In this document: piece after piece, positions 1-8,014 of the stretch
Position numbering within the stretch: position 1 is the first letter of the stretch
Layout: each line of letters opens with the position of its first letter
Virus record (IMG/VR): IMGVR_UViG_3300045978_000081
DNA length: 20,000 nucleotides
Direction: 5' to 3' (one strand)
Source of the DNA: an uncultured virus (IMG/VR IMGVR_UViG_3300045978_000081)
Lineage: Duplodnaviria; Heunggongvirae; Uroviricota; Caudoviricetes
The notes under the pieces: model-generated
What the model saw: the letters and a program-made list of their open reading frames with translations, nothing else
Told to the model about the DNA's origin: nothing
Databases searched by the model: none
Translations under genes and position numbers: made by a program

Positions 1-2
1 TC

Positions 3-386
3 ACAAAAGATTACGTACCACAAAAGGTACTTATTCATAACTGGCTAAAGAAGGTACTGGCACTTCCCTGTGATGTTATCGTTACAGGTCACCTAGAGCC
101 AATGAAGGATGATGTGTTAGGCAGTATAGAGTACCGATATTCCACCACTGGTAAAGGCACGGTCATCATACCGCTGCAGTTTACTGAGGTGTGGGTAGCA
201 GATACAACACAATCCTCGAAAGGAATTGAGTATAGAATAATCACGCAACGAACTGGTAGGTACATGGCAAGTAGTCGCCTGTCTGCTGGCAAGCTCGATA
301 CTTACGAGCCGCCAGATATTAAGGCAATACTCAAGAAATGTGGTATGGACATCAAAGATAAGCCGTCGCTGTTCGGGAGTAAGTAA
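3..386 (+). CDS. Phage AAA_24/Sak4-like ATP-binding protein, C-terminal part (5' truncated by the window)
   Basis: Frame is open from position 3 (TKDYVPQKVLIHNWLKKVLALPCDVIVTGHLEPMKDDV...). LPCDVIVTGH and QFTEVW resemble the C-terminal half of phage AAA_24 proteins, and it precedes a DUF669-like gene. Walker A is not in the window. Confidence 0.65.
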   Translation, partial: TKDYVPQKVLIHNWLKKVLALPCDVIVTGHLEPMKDDVLGSIEYRYSTTGKGTVIIPLQFTEVWVADTTQSSKGIEYRIITQRTGRYMASSRLSAGKLDTYEPPDIKAILKKCGMDIKDKPSLFGSK

Positions 387-433
387 TGCCTCGCAAACGT
401 AGTGCAAAACCAACTGACCAGGACTTCCTATGA
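386..433 (+). pseudogene. 15-codon mini-ORF MPRKRSAKPTDQDFL, a truncated duplicate of the N-terminus of 872..1408
   Basis: ATG at 386 overlaps the upstream TAA (TAATG). TGA at 431-433 overlaps the HNH start (ATGA). First 11 aa are identical to ORF 872. Confidence 0.85.
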
Positions 434-894
434 CTGAGAAGCGATTATTTCTCTTTCTGAAAAAAGTGAGTATCAATAAACTTACTGAGTGCTGGGAGTG
501 GACGGGAGCAACAAATGGAACTGGATATCCATTACTGTGGGATAATAGTTCTGGGAAATCCAGGTTGCATTATGCTCATAGACTATCCTATGAACACTAC
601 GTTGGAGAAATAACTGCTAATAATCAGGTAGATCATATCTGCTCAGTTAAACACTGCGTTAATCCAGATCATTTACAGCAGGTAAATGGAGCAGATAACC
701 AATCACGTGCATCTATTAGAAAGGAGAACTATAACAGCGCCAAAACACACTGCAAAAATGGTCACGAATTTACAGAGGAGAATATAATATACTCTAAATG
801 GTGCGGTCGAAATGGAGTACAACGCAAGTGCCGAAAGTGTCGAAAGGAAATGTTAACAAGGAATAAGAGTAATGCCACGGAAGAGAAGTGCTAA
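430..894 (+). CDS. HNH homing endonuclease with C-terminal Cys/His zinc-binding region
   Basis: CWEWTGA..GY, AHRLSYE, VDHICSVKHCVNPDHL..N, KTHCKNGHEF, RKCRKC. Confidence 0.92.
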   Translation: MTEKRLFLFLKKVSINKLTECWEWTGATNGTGYPLLWDNSSGKSRLHYAHRLSYEHYVGEITANNQVDHICSVKHCVNPDHLQQVNGADNQSRASIRKENYNSAKTHCKNGHEFTEENIIYSKWCGRNGVQRKCRKCRKEMLTRNKSNATEEKC

Positions 895-1408
895 ACCCAC
901 AGACGATGATTTTCGTTGGGATTCAAGTAAGCCTCCATTGCTTATGGAGAAAACTGCCGAAGAAACCAGAGTAATTAAACCGAACCACTTTTCTGAAGGA
1001 AAAGTCATGCCTATTATTGATTTCTCAGACATGGGACTAGACGATCTGCCAGAACTGAAGATACTGCCCGCCGGCACTGAGGCGAAACTGAGGATACTTG
1101 ACGTTAGCATCAAGCCAGATCGTAATGGTGATGAGATGCTACAGATACGGTTGGATGTAGCTGATGAACCTAACGTGAAGGAAGTGTACTGGCAATGCCA
1201 CTTCCCTAAGGCGAGTATGAATGACAAGAGAGTGTTCATGCTGAAACAGTTTCTTAGTGGATTCTGCGAAGCATTTGAGATCGACAAGACAGCAGCAAAT
1301 GATACTAATGATTGGGTCGGTAAGGAAGGCTGGGCGATACTAGGAGTAAGAAGTGATCCTAAATATGGTGACTCGAATGAGGTTACTCGGTGGGTAAGAG
1401 GTCAGTAA
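872..1408 (+). CDS. DUF669-like phage protein, putative ssDNA-binding protein; possible internal start at 1007
   Basis: LDDLPELKILPAGTEAKLRI, DWVGKEG..ILGV, YGDSNEV pattern, downstream of the AAA ATPase. GAAGGA precedes the in-frame ATG at 1007 (MPIIDF). Confidence 0.65.
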   Translation: MPRKRSAKPTDDDFRWDSSKPPLLMEKTAEETRVIKPNHFSEGKVMPIIDFSDMGLDDLPELKILPAGTEAKLRILDVSIKPDRNGDEMLQIRLDVADEPNVKEVYWQCHFPKASMNDKRVFMLKQFLSGFCEAFEIDKTAANDTNDWVGKEGWAILGVRSDPKYGDSNEVTRWVRGQ

Positions 1409-1418
1409 GTTAGCTTTG

Positions 1419-1444
1419 AGGAGGAGGCTGCGGCTTCCTCCTTT
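1419..1444 (+). terminator. GC-rich hairpin, possible weak intrinsic terminator or processing site
   Basis: AGGAGGAGGC-TGCG-GCTTCCTCCT, 10-bp stem with one G-U, 10 nt after the stop of 872..1408. The T run after it is short. Confidence 0.5.
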
Positions 1445-1460
1445 AAGGAGCGCAGCTACT

Positions 1461-1682
1461 ATGCGACGCATAACCTTTGAGGTAACTGATGAACAGTATT
1501 GTAAGCTGAAGGATCATCTAGAGTACGGGCTAATGAAACGCTTCTTTGGTGCACTCGTAGACGACACAGTCGTCATGCTAGATGAGTTTGGTGACTTGTT
1601 TATAATAGCGGTGCTATCAAAGCGGGTGAGTTACCGGCAGATAATGGAGGATAAAAATGCTTTGGTTAAAAGTCAACCGTAA
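1461..1682 (+). CDS. Small protein (73 aa), possible ribbon-helix-helix DNA-binding protein
   Basis: AAGGAG at 1445-1450 favours ATG 1461 over the TTG at 1416. MRRITFEVTDEQYCKLK has an alternating beta-strand followed by a helix, as in RHH proteins. Confidence 0.55.
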   Translation: MRRITFEVTDEQYCKLKDHLEYGLMKRFFGALVDDTVVMLDEFGDLFIIAVLSKRVSYRQIMEDKNALVKSQP

Positions 1683-1887
1683 CGCACAACCGAAGCACAA
1701 CGTGCGCTGCCTGCCACCAGCTGCTCTCTGTACTACCAGCGCGGTCGTTTTTCTTCCGAAGGGTGGCGCCTTTTCCCTGCGCGAAGGGAGTGTTTGTCAA
1801 GGCACTGCCTCCAGCGAAGCGGCCTTGACAAGCAAACGACCGAAGTGCTATAATCACTAGCCACCTTGAGGAAAGGAACGAGCTGTA
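1660..1887 (+). repeat. Structured intergenic element, copy 1
   Basis: GGTT-AAAAGTC-AACC 1664-1678; CTCTCTGTACTACC; outer stem GGGTGGC/GCCACCT; inner stem TTGTCAAGG/CCTTGACAA; tip GCGAAGC 1814-1820. Confidence 0.8.
1825..1854 (+). promoter_or_regulatory. Consensus sigma70-type promoter (TTGACA-18-TATAAT, extended -10 TG) upstream of the ParB-MTase/polymerase genes
   Basis: TTGACA 1825-1830, TGC-TATAAT with TATAAT at 1849-1854. Confidence 0.8.
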
Positions 1888-1890
1888 ATT

Positions 1891-2100
1891 ATGGCGAACA
1901 TAGATGACCTATCCATTCCAAGCCTCGAATCTCAAGGCTTGCAATTAATTCTCACCATACGTGAGCGTAGACGATTCACGCCTGAGAAAGTACGCGAGAA
2001 GAAACTCCCGTCAGAAGCTATGCTCAATAAACTGAGCGATAAACAGCTCGCTGATCTATACTACACTCTAGCAGCCAAGATGCAAAAGGAGTTACTGTGA
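1891..2100 (+). CDS. Hypothetical protein (69 aa)
   Basis: ORF whose stop overlaps the next start (GTGA). No family recognised. Confidence 0.7.
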   Translation: MANIDDLSIPSLESQGLQLILTIRERRRFTPEKVREKKLPSEAMLNKLSDKQLADLYYTLAAKMQKELL

Positions 2101-3437
2101 AACTAGGAATCCTGCGTGTTGTTCCGATGTCTCAAATTGAAGTTGATCTAGATGCACGTGGGCGTCAGGCTTATGGTATTATACCTGAACTTGCAGCGTC
2201 CATACAGAAGCATGGACTAATTCACCCCATTGCAGTGTACTCAGTAAATGGTGAGCCACCATATAAACTTGTTGCTGGTGGGCGTCGATTTATGGCTTGC
2301 ACTGCACTGAAATGGGAAGAGATTAGTTGCCGCATATATGACACGCCAATGACCGAGCTGGAATTGAAGGCAGTTGAATTATTCGAGAATCTTGACCGTA
2401 TGAATTTGAACTATGATGAAGAAGTGAAGATGAAAGAGAAGCTTCATCTAACACTGGTTGAAATTCACGGTAGGAAAATAGCAAAGACTGCAGATGCACC
2501 TGGACACTCAATACGTGATACGGCACGAACACTTGGTGTTAGTCATGCTACAGTCATACAGGATATGAAACTCGCTGAAGCAATGCGCATTCTGCCTGAA
2601 CTTGAATTGGATAAGGAGAAAAATAAGTCAGCTGCCATGAAAAAGCTGACGCGATTTGCGAATGTCATCAGCAATAAAATGGCTGTGTCTGAAGCTAAGA
2701 AAGACGCCGTCCTTTCAGGCAGAATGACAAGCCCGGATGATCCACTCGCAGCCTACATAGTAGGAGATTTCTTCGAGAATAAACTCGCACCTAATCAGTT
2801 CAATTTTATAGAATGCGATCCGCCGTATGGAATTGATCTACCAGAGCAGCGAGCTGATGGTGAAACTGATTTCAGTTTGCAGCATGATTATAAGGAAATT
2901 TCTGGCCCGGATTATTTAATGTTCTTGAATAAGCTGCTCGAAGAATGCTACAAACTAGCGGCAGAGAATGCCTACATTATCCTCTGGTGCGGCCCGCAGC
3001 ATTTGAATAGGGCACTGGACGCAATGAAGCGTGCAAAGTTCTCTACGGTTCATATACCTGGAATTTGGAAGAAAGGTGAGAGTGCTGGTCAGGCAATGGG
3101 CATGAGAACGAACCTTGGAAATGCGTACGAGATGTTTGTGTACGGGCGTAAAGGTAATGCAGAGTTACGCAAGCAAGGCCGCTCAAATATATTCGACTTT
3201 AATGGAGTGCCATCATCGCAGCGCATCCATCCTACTGAAAGGCCAAGGGCGCTAATGAAGGAACTCATTGATACCTTTGCTTGGCCCGGGTCAAATATAC
3301 TAGTTCCATTCGCAGGAAGTGGAGTTACAATAGTCACGGCATTTGAACAGGGACATAAAGCCGTTGGCTACGATCTCAGTCAGAATTTCTACAATGCGTA
3401 CGTGAAGCGTTTAGTTGAGGAGGTAACGGCTAAATGA
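2097..3437 (+). CDS. ParB/Srx-like N-terminal domain + HTH fused to an N6A/N4C DNA methyltransferase (beta class)
   Basis: GLIHPIAV..LVAGGRRF..ENLDR (ParB-N); SIRDTARTLGVSHATV (HTH); DPPY (motif IV) before HPTERP and PFAGSG (motif I). Confidence 0.9.
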   Translation: MKLGILRVVPMSQIEVDLDARGRQAYGIIPELAASIQKHGLIHPIAVYSVNGEPPYKLVAGGRRFMACTALKWEEISCRIYDTPMTELELKAVELFENLDRMNLNYDEEVKMKEKLHLTLVEIHGRKIAKTADAPGHSIRDTARTLGVSHATVIQDMKLAEAMRILPELELDKEKNKSAAMKKLTRFANVISNKMAVSEAKKDAVLSGRMTSPDDPLAAYIVGDFFENKLAPNQFNFIECDPPYGIDLPEQRADGETDFSLQHDYKEISGPDYLMFLNKLLEECYKLAAENAYIILWCGPQHLNRALDAMKRAKFSTVHIPGIWKKGESAGQAMGMRTNLGNAYEMFVYGRKGNAELRKQGRSNIFDFNGVPSSQRIHPTERPRALMKELIDTFAWPGSNILVPFAGSGVTIVTAFEQGHKAVGYDLSQNFYNAYVKRLVEEVTAK

Positions 3438-3646
3438 TAGATGCTGATAGAACACTTATATTACTTAGACAAATAGAATCTCTAAGTAGAGAAGGCAAAT
3501 TAGTAATTGCTGGATCACTGATAGATGCACTATATCCGAAGCCTATTCCCGAAATGGATTTAGATATAGTATTTGCGTGCAAGCAAAAAGTGCTTAGTTG
3601 GATAGCACAACAACTAGGAGATAATGATGCCTTACGTTCCAGCTGA
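3434..3646 (+). CDS. Hypothetical protein (70 aa)
   Basis: Start overlaps the previous stop, GGAGG upstream, 3' end overlaps the polymerase start. Confidence 0.7.
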   Translation: MIDADRTLILLRQIESLSREGKLVIAGSLIDALYPKPIPEMDLDIVFACKQKVLSWIAQQLGDNDALRSS

Positions 3647-6110
3647 TGGATCACTCAACTCCAAAATAGCTATTGTTGGCGAGCAGCCGGCAAAGTACGA
3701 AGCTAGATACAGCAAGCCATTTACTGGCCCCGCCGGTCGTAATCTAAATGAGTGTTTGCAGAATGCTCGCATACCACGAGGTGGTTGTTATCTGACGAAC
3801 GTAGTGAAACAAACTGAGTTTGAATTAGAACGCTATTTTAATTTGAAGGGTAAGAATCCTGCCGCGACGCAGCTAGGAAAGGCGTGTATAGAGGAGCTAC
3901 GTGATGAGCTTATGGATTGTCGCGCTAACATCATTGTGCCTCTTGGCAATACTGCATTGTTCGCTCTATGTGATAGAACTGGCATTAATAGTTGGCGTGG
4001 AAGTGTGCTTGAGTCTACGCTTTTACCAGGGCGCAAAGTCATTCCTACATTGCATCCAGCTGTGTATACAGATGAGAAGGTACTACAGAACCCAGCTGCA
4101 TACCTGGCTAAATATCTAATTACTATAGACCTTAAGAAAGTCCGTAGTGAGTCTGAATTTCCGGAGATTCGCTTAGCGGACAGAAGATTGAGGATCCAGC
4201 CAAACTTCTATGAAGCGCTTACATGGCTGGAGCGTTGTAAGGTACGTGCTGAGGATGGTGGAATTGTATACTATGATATAGAGTTAACACCAAAGACCCA
4301 AGAACTGAGTTGTATTAGCTTCTGCACATCGCCCGATGATGTAATGTGCATACCATTTGTAGATGCAAACGGAGACTATTTTACTGCTGAGCAAGAATAC
4401 AAGCTAATGTTGAGCATTGAAGAATTGCTCAGCAATTCCAGCTGGATGAAAGGGGGACAGAATATTATCTTCGATTCGCACTTTCTATTACGCAAGTATG
4501 GTATACGCACTCGTAATATTGTTGCTGACACTATGGTAGCTCAGCATATACTCTACCCAGATTTCGGAGGTAAAACGTACCGTGGAAAATCACTTGAATT
4601 TATTACGTCAATGTGGACGGATATACCTTACTACAAACGTGACGGAAAGTTGTGGCTCACTGGCATAGGCGACTACGCCAAGGGCTGGAATTATAACTGC
4701 CTAGATAGCGCAGTATGCGCTGATGCGTTTCCTAAACAGCTCACCGAGCTCGAAGAGCGTGGTAATTACGACTCGTATGAGCGACAAATAAAACTCATTG
4801 GACCTCTGAGTTATATGATGGAGCGTGGAATTAAAGTGGATAAAGAAGGAATGGAGCGAGCGTCCAGAGATGCTTTGTTAGAAGCTGATGAATTAACGCA
4901 ACAAACGTTCGAGGTTATGGGCAGCTCGGCCTTTAACCTAAATAGCCCGCAGCAAGTAGCGGAATACTTTTATGGTAAGTGTGGAGTTACACCTTATTTA
5001 AATAAGAATGGCAAGCCTACTACAGATGAGGAGGCATTAACACGCATAGCGAATAAGGGATTTAAAGAAGCTAGTATGATCCTCGAGATTCGACGTTTAC
5101 GTAAGAAGGCATCAACATTTCTAAATGTCGAGAACGTTGACGATGATGGTAGGATGCGATGTAGCTACAATCCAGTAGGTACACGATTCTCGCGGATTAG
5201 TTCGAGTGCAAATATATTCGGTACTGGTGGAAACTTACAAAATGTACCACATGATGTACTGAGTTATTACGTCGCAGATTCTGGATACGTAATTTATTCA
5301 CTTGATATGTCGCAGATTGAGGCGCGCATTGTCGCGTACGTTGGAAACATCACTCAAATGAAGGAAGTATATGAACAAGGTCTGGATATACACAGACAAA
5401 CGGGAGCACTCATTTTTAATAAGCCTTACGATGAAGTCAGTAACGCACCTGGATCGAGTACCATTGGTAATGGAACTTACAGTGAGCGCGATTGGGCAAA
5501 GCGTGCCAACCATGCTTTCAATTACGGTTTTGGTTACAAGTCTTTCAGCTTGCTATATGAAATCCCTGAAAAAGAAGCTAAGTTCATTTATGATAGATAC
5601 CATTCTGCTTATCCAGGACTTAGAGGTGGATACTGGAAGTATGTAGAAGGGTTGCTTAAGGCAACCCGTACGCTCACTAATCTATTTGGTAGAAGAATTA
5701 CGTTCCTAGGAAAGCTTGATGATAAATTGCTCAATGAAGCTTACTCGTGTATACCGCAAGGAACATGTGGAGACCTAGTAAATGAGTGGGGATTGAACTT
5801 CGTTTATTATAACTCAGATGCGTTGTTCCAACGCGTGGAGCTGTTAACTCAAGTACATGATTCAATTAGTATACAAGTGCCGCTGGATTTGCCACTGATA
5901 GATCACGCACGTATCTTGACTGCGATTAAGCGTTCTCTAGAACAGCCGCTGGAGTTCGGCAGAACCCAGTTTGTCGTGCCTGTTGATCTGGTAGTAAATA
6001 GTTGTCTCAACAAGAACAAAGGTATAGAGCTGAAAGGCACGAAGTTTAGTAATGATCCTCGTGTACTGGAAGTGTATTTACAGGACGCTATTCTAACACT
6101 GGGAGTTTAA
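3624..6110 (+). CDS. polA: Family A DNA polymerase with N-terminal uracil-DNA glycosylase family 4-like domain and 3'-5' exonuclease
   Basis: UDG-like: IVGEQP, PFTGPAG, YLTNVVK, VPLGNTA, TLHPA. Exo: YDIE, QNIIFD, YNCLD. Pol: FNLNSPQQ, RISSS..NLQN, DMSQIEAR (motif A), RDWAKRANHAFNYG (B), QVHDS (C). Confidence 0.95.
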   Translation: MMPYVPADGSLNSKIAIVGEQPAKYEARYSKPFTGPAGRNLNECLQNARIPRGGCYLTNVVKQTEFELERYFNLKGKNPAATQLGKACIEELRDELMDCRANIIVPLGNTALFALCDRTGINSWRGSVLESTLLPGRKVIPTLHPAVYTDEKVLQNPAAYLAKYLITIDLKKVRSESEFPEIRLADRRLRIQPNFYEALTWLERCKVRAEDGGIVYYDIELTPKTQELSCISFCTSPDDVMCIPFVDANGDYFTAEQEYKLMLSIEELLSNSSWMKGGQNIIFDSHFLLRKYGIRTRNIVADTMVAQHILYPDFGGKTYRGKSLEFITSMWTDIPYYKRDGKLWLTGIGDYAKGWNYNCLDSAVCADAFPKQLTELEERGNYDSYERQIKLIGPLSYMMERGIKVDKEGMERASRDALLEADELTQQTFEVMGSSAFNLNSPQQVAEYFYGKCGVTPYLNKNGKPTTDEEALTRIANKGFKEASMILEIRRLRKKASTFLNVENVDDDGRMRCSYNPVGTRFSRISSSANIFGTGGNLQNVPHDVLSYYVADSGYVIYSLDMSQIEARIVAYVGNITQMKEVYEQGLDIHRQTGALIFNKPYDEVSNAPGSSTIGNGTYSERDWAKRANHAFNYGFGYKSFSLLYEIPEKEAKFIYDRYHSAYPGLRGGYWKYVEGLLKATRTLTNLFGRRITFLGKLDDKLLNEAYSCIPQGTCGDLVNEWGLNFVYYNSDALFQRVELLTQVHDSISIQVPLDLPLIDHARILTAIKRSLEQPLEFGRTQFVVPVDLVVNSCLNKNKGIELKGTKFSNDPRVLEVYLQDAILTLGV

Positions 6111-6113
6111 GAA

Positions 6114-6599
6114 ATGACAAACAAGGAATTTGCTAGATTCTGTAAATACTTCGTTGTAATGACAGACGACGCAGAACAAAGTCATAGAGTATGCTGGTTA
6201 TGGATAGGTGCTTTAACGGAGGGATATGGATTTCTTAAAGTCAAAGGTAAGAATATAAGAGCACACCGACTTATGTATGAGCACGTATATGGTGAGATAA
6301 AGGAAGATTACGTAATACATCATAAGTGTCACAACAAGCGTTGTGTAAGCCCGTTTCATCTAGAAATGGTAACACGCGAACATAACGTTAGTGAAGCCCA
6401 AACTAAGACACATTGTAAGCGTGGACATGAGCTATCCGATGATAACGTACATATGTATAGAGACAAATACGGAAAGTTTAGAAGATACTGCAAGAAATGC
6501 GCTTCAAATTCAGCACGTAATAGATATGCGGCTCGTACTTTAGTTGATAAATTAACGGATGAAGATATAGCTAAATTGATGAGTCTAAAAGGAGAATAA
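6114..6599 (+). CDS. HNH homing endonuclease, paralogous to 430..894
   Basis: CWLWIGA..GYG, AHRLMYE, IHHKCHNKRCVSPFHL..N, KTHCKRGHEL, RYCKKC. Confidence 0.92.
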   Translation: MTNKEFARFCKYFVVMTDDAEQSHRVCWLWIGALTEGYGFLKVKGKNIRAHRLMYEHVYGEIKEDYVIHHKCHNKRCVSPFHLEMVTREHNVSEAQTKTHCKRGHELSDDNVHMYRDKYGKFRRYCKKCASNSARNRYAARTLVDKLTDEDIAKLMSLKGE

Positions 6600-6601
6600 G
6601 A

Positions 6602-7801
6602 ATGGCGAGACACTTGAGTAATTTCCTGGATGCTTATCTCTACTTTACCGAAGAAACTGAGCCATGCGAGCTTTACCGCAAGTGGGTAGGAGTCAGCATT
6701 ATTGCTGCAGCATTGCAGCGGAAATGTTACTTGCATTGGGGCTCGCAGATTTGGTATCCTAATCTGTACATAGTATTAACCGGTCCTCCAGGTGAGCCGC
6801 GTAAGGGTACAGCTATGGCTTCTGGCTACAGCATTCTGAGACCGCTCAATCTAAAGCTATCTGCAGACCGACTGTCACCTGAGTATTTTATAAAAGAACT
6901 CAGTGCCTCACTCACTACAACGCAGCTGGGCAATGGTAAGTTTATAAATCACTGCAGTATGACAATCTTCAGCAGTGAGTTGACAGTATTTCTGGGATAT
7001 AAGAACTCGCAGTTCTTAGCTGATTTAACTGACTTGTATGATTGTAAGGATCCATGGGCGTACAGGACTAAAAATAGTGGGCACTTTGAAGTAACAGGTG
7101 CATGGCTAAATATGTTGGCTGCAACCACACCTGAGCAAATACAAGCAGCATTGCCAATTGAAGCAATAGGAGGTGGCTTTGCAAGTCGAGTGTTATTTAT
7201 ATTCGCTGATAGGAGAGGTAAAACTGTCCCTATGCCAATAGAGAACGAAGAACTTAAGGCGAAATTAAGAAGCGATTTAGAAGAGATTTCGTTGTTAGCT
7301 GGTCCATTTGTTGCTACAGAAGATTACATACTCACTCGCACTGAGTGGTATTTGAACGAGTCTCAGGAGAACCAAATAATTCAGGATCCAAGATTCGCTG
7401 CGTATTATAGCAGGAAAGCGAGCACTGCAACAAAGCTCAGTATGATACTCTGCGCGTCACGTAGCGACGATATGAAGCTGAGAGGTGAGGATTTCGTTAA
7501 CGCAATCGATATGCTTAATGAAGCTGAGATACAAATGCCACGTGCATTAAGTGGCGTTGGTAGGAGTGATTATGCTGAGCTGCTTCCAATGGTAATGGAA
7601 GAAATACTGAGACATAAAGAGGTGACTATAAGGTATTTGATGAACCGATTTTCGCACGATACGACGTACTTCCATTTGATTAAGATGGTAGAAACACTTG
7701 AGATTATGGGCGTTTTGAGTTACGCTCCATTAACTAAGAAGATATATGCGAATCCTAACTTCGGGAATAGTTCGAGTGGAGAAAGTGCGGTTGTCAATTG
7801 A
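6602..7801 (+). CDS. DUF3987/YfjI-like P-loop ATPase, putative replicative helicase, no primase domain
   Basis: YPNLYIVLTGPPGEPRKGT (Walker A-like), SSELTVFL, LTDLYD, GGGFASR; next to the polymerase. Confidence 0.75.
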   Translation: MARHLSNFLDAYLYFTEETEPCELYRKWVGVSIIAAALQRKCYLHWGSQIWYPNLYIVLTGPPGEPRKGTAMASGYSILRPLNLKLSADRLSPEYFIKELSASLTTTQLGNGKFINHCSMTIFSSELTVFLGYKNSQFLADLTDLYDCKDPWAYRTKNSGHFEVTGAWLNMLAATTPEQIQAALPIEAIGGGFASRVLFIFADRRGKTVPMPIENEELKAKLRSDLEEISLLAGPFVATEDYILTRTEWYLNESQENQIIQDPRFAAYYSRKASTATKLSMILCASRSDDMKLRGEDFVNAIDMLNEAEIQMPRALSGVGRSDYAELLPMVMEEILRHKEVTIRYLMNRFSHDTTYFHLIKMVETLEIMGVLSYAPLTKKIYANPNFGNSSSGESAVVN

Positions 7802-8012
7802 GGCCGGAAGACTCCGCTGGACCGCTGCTGATTATAGCACTTACGTTGCCTAATGCTGTCAAGGACCCGCTACGCTGGGGATCCTTGACAGCGGCAACTC
7901 CAGTGCAGAGAGTAGACGCGGTCCGGCGGAAAAATCTGCCGGCCTGGAAGTATGGAGAGTTGCTGGCAGCCGCACTCCCGTTGGTCGTGAGTATGGTTAA
8001 AATCTAACCATA
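7801..8012 (-). repeat. Structured intergenic element, copy 2, at the convergence of the two arms
   Basis: TATGGTTA-AAATC-TAACCATA 7992-8012; stems AGGCCGG/CCGGCCT, GGACCGC/GCGGTCC, GCTGTCAAGGA/TCCTTGACAGC; minus-strand TTGACA (7857-7862) and TATAAT (7831-7836); tip GCGTAGC (7869-7875, minus). Confidence 0.8.
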
Positions 8013-8014
8013 AA

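Noticed and set aside
430..894. Group I intron carrying the HNH
   Set aside because: No non-coding room for a ribozyme core on either side, and the duplicated N-terminus makes splicing unnecessary.
1416..1460. TTG start at 1416
   Set aside because: Runs through a hairpin; ATG 1461 has a clear AAGGAG RBS.
7798..8007. 69-aa ORF, and similar ORFs at 1666-1857, 13537-13719 and 15330-15527
   Set aside because: They lie across the GC-rich structured elements, resemble no protein I recognise and are not conserved between copies.
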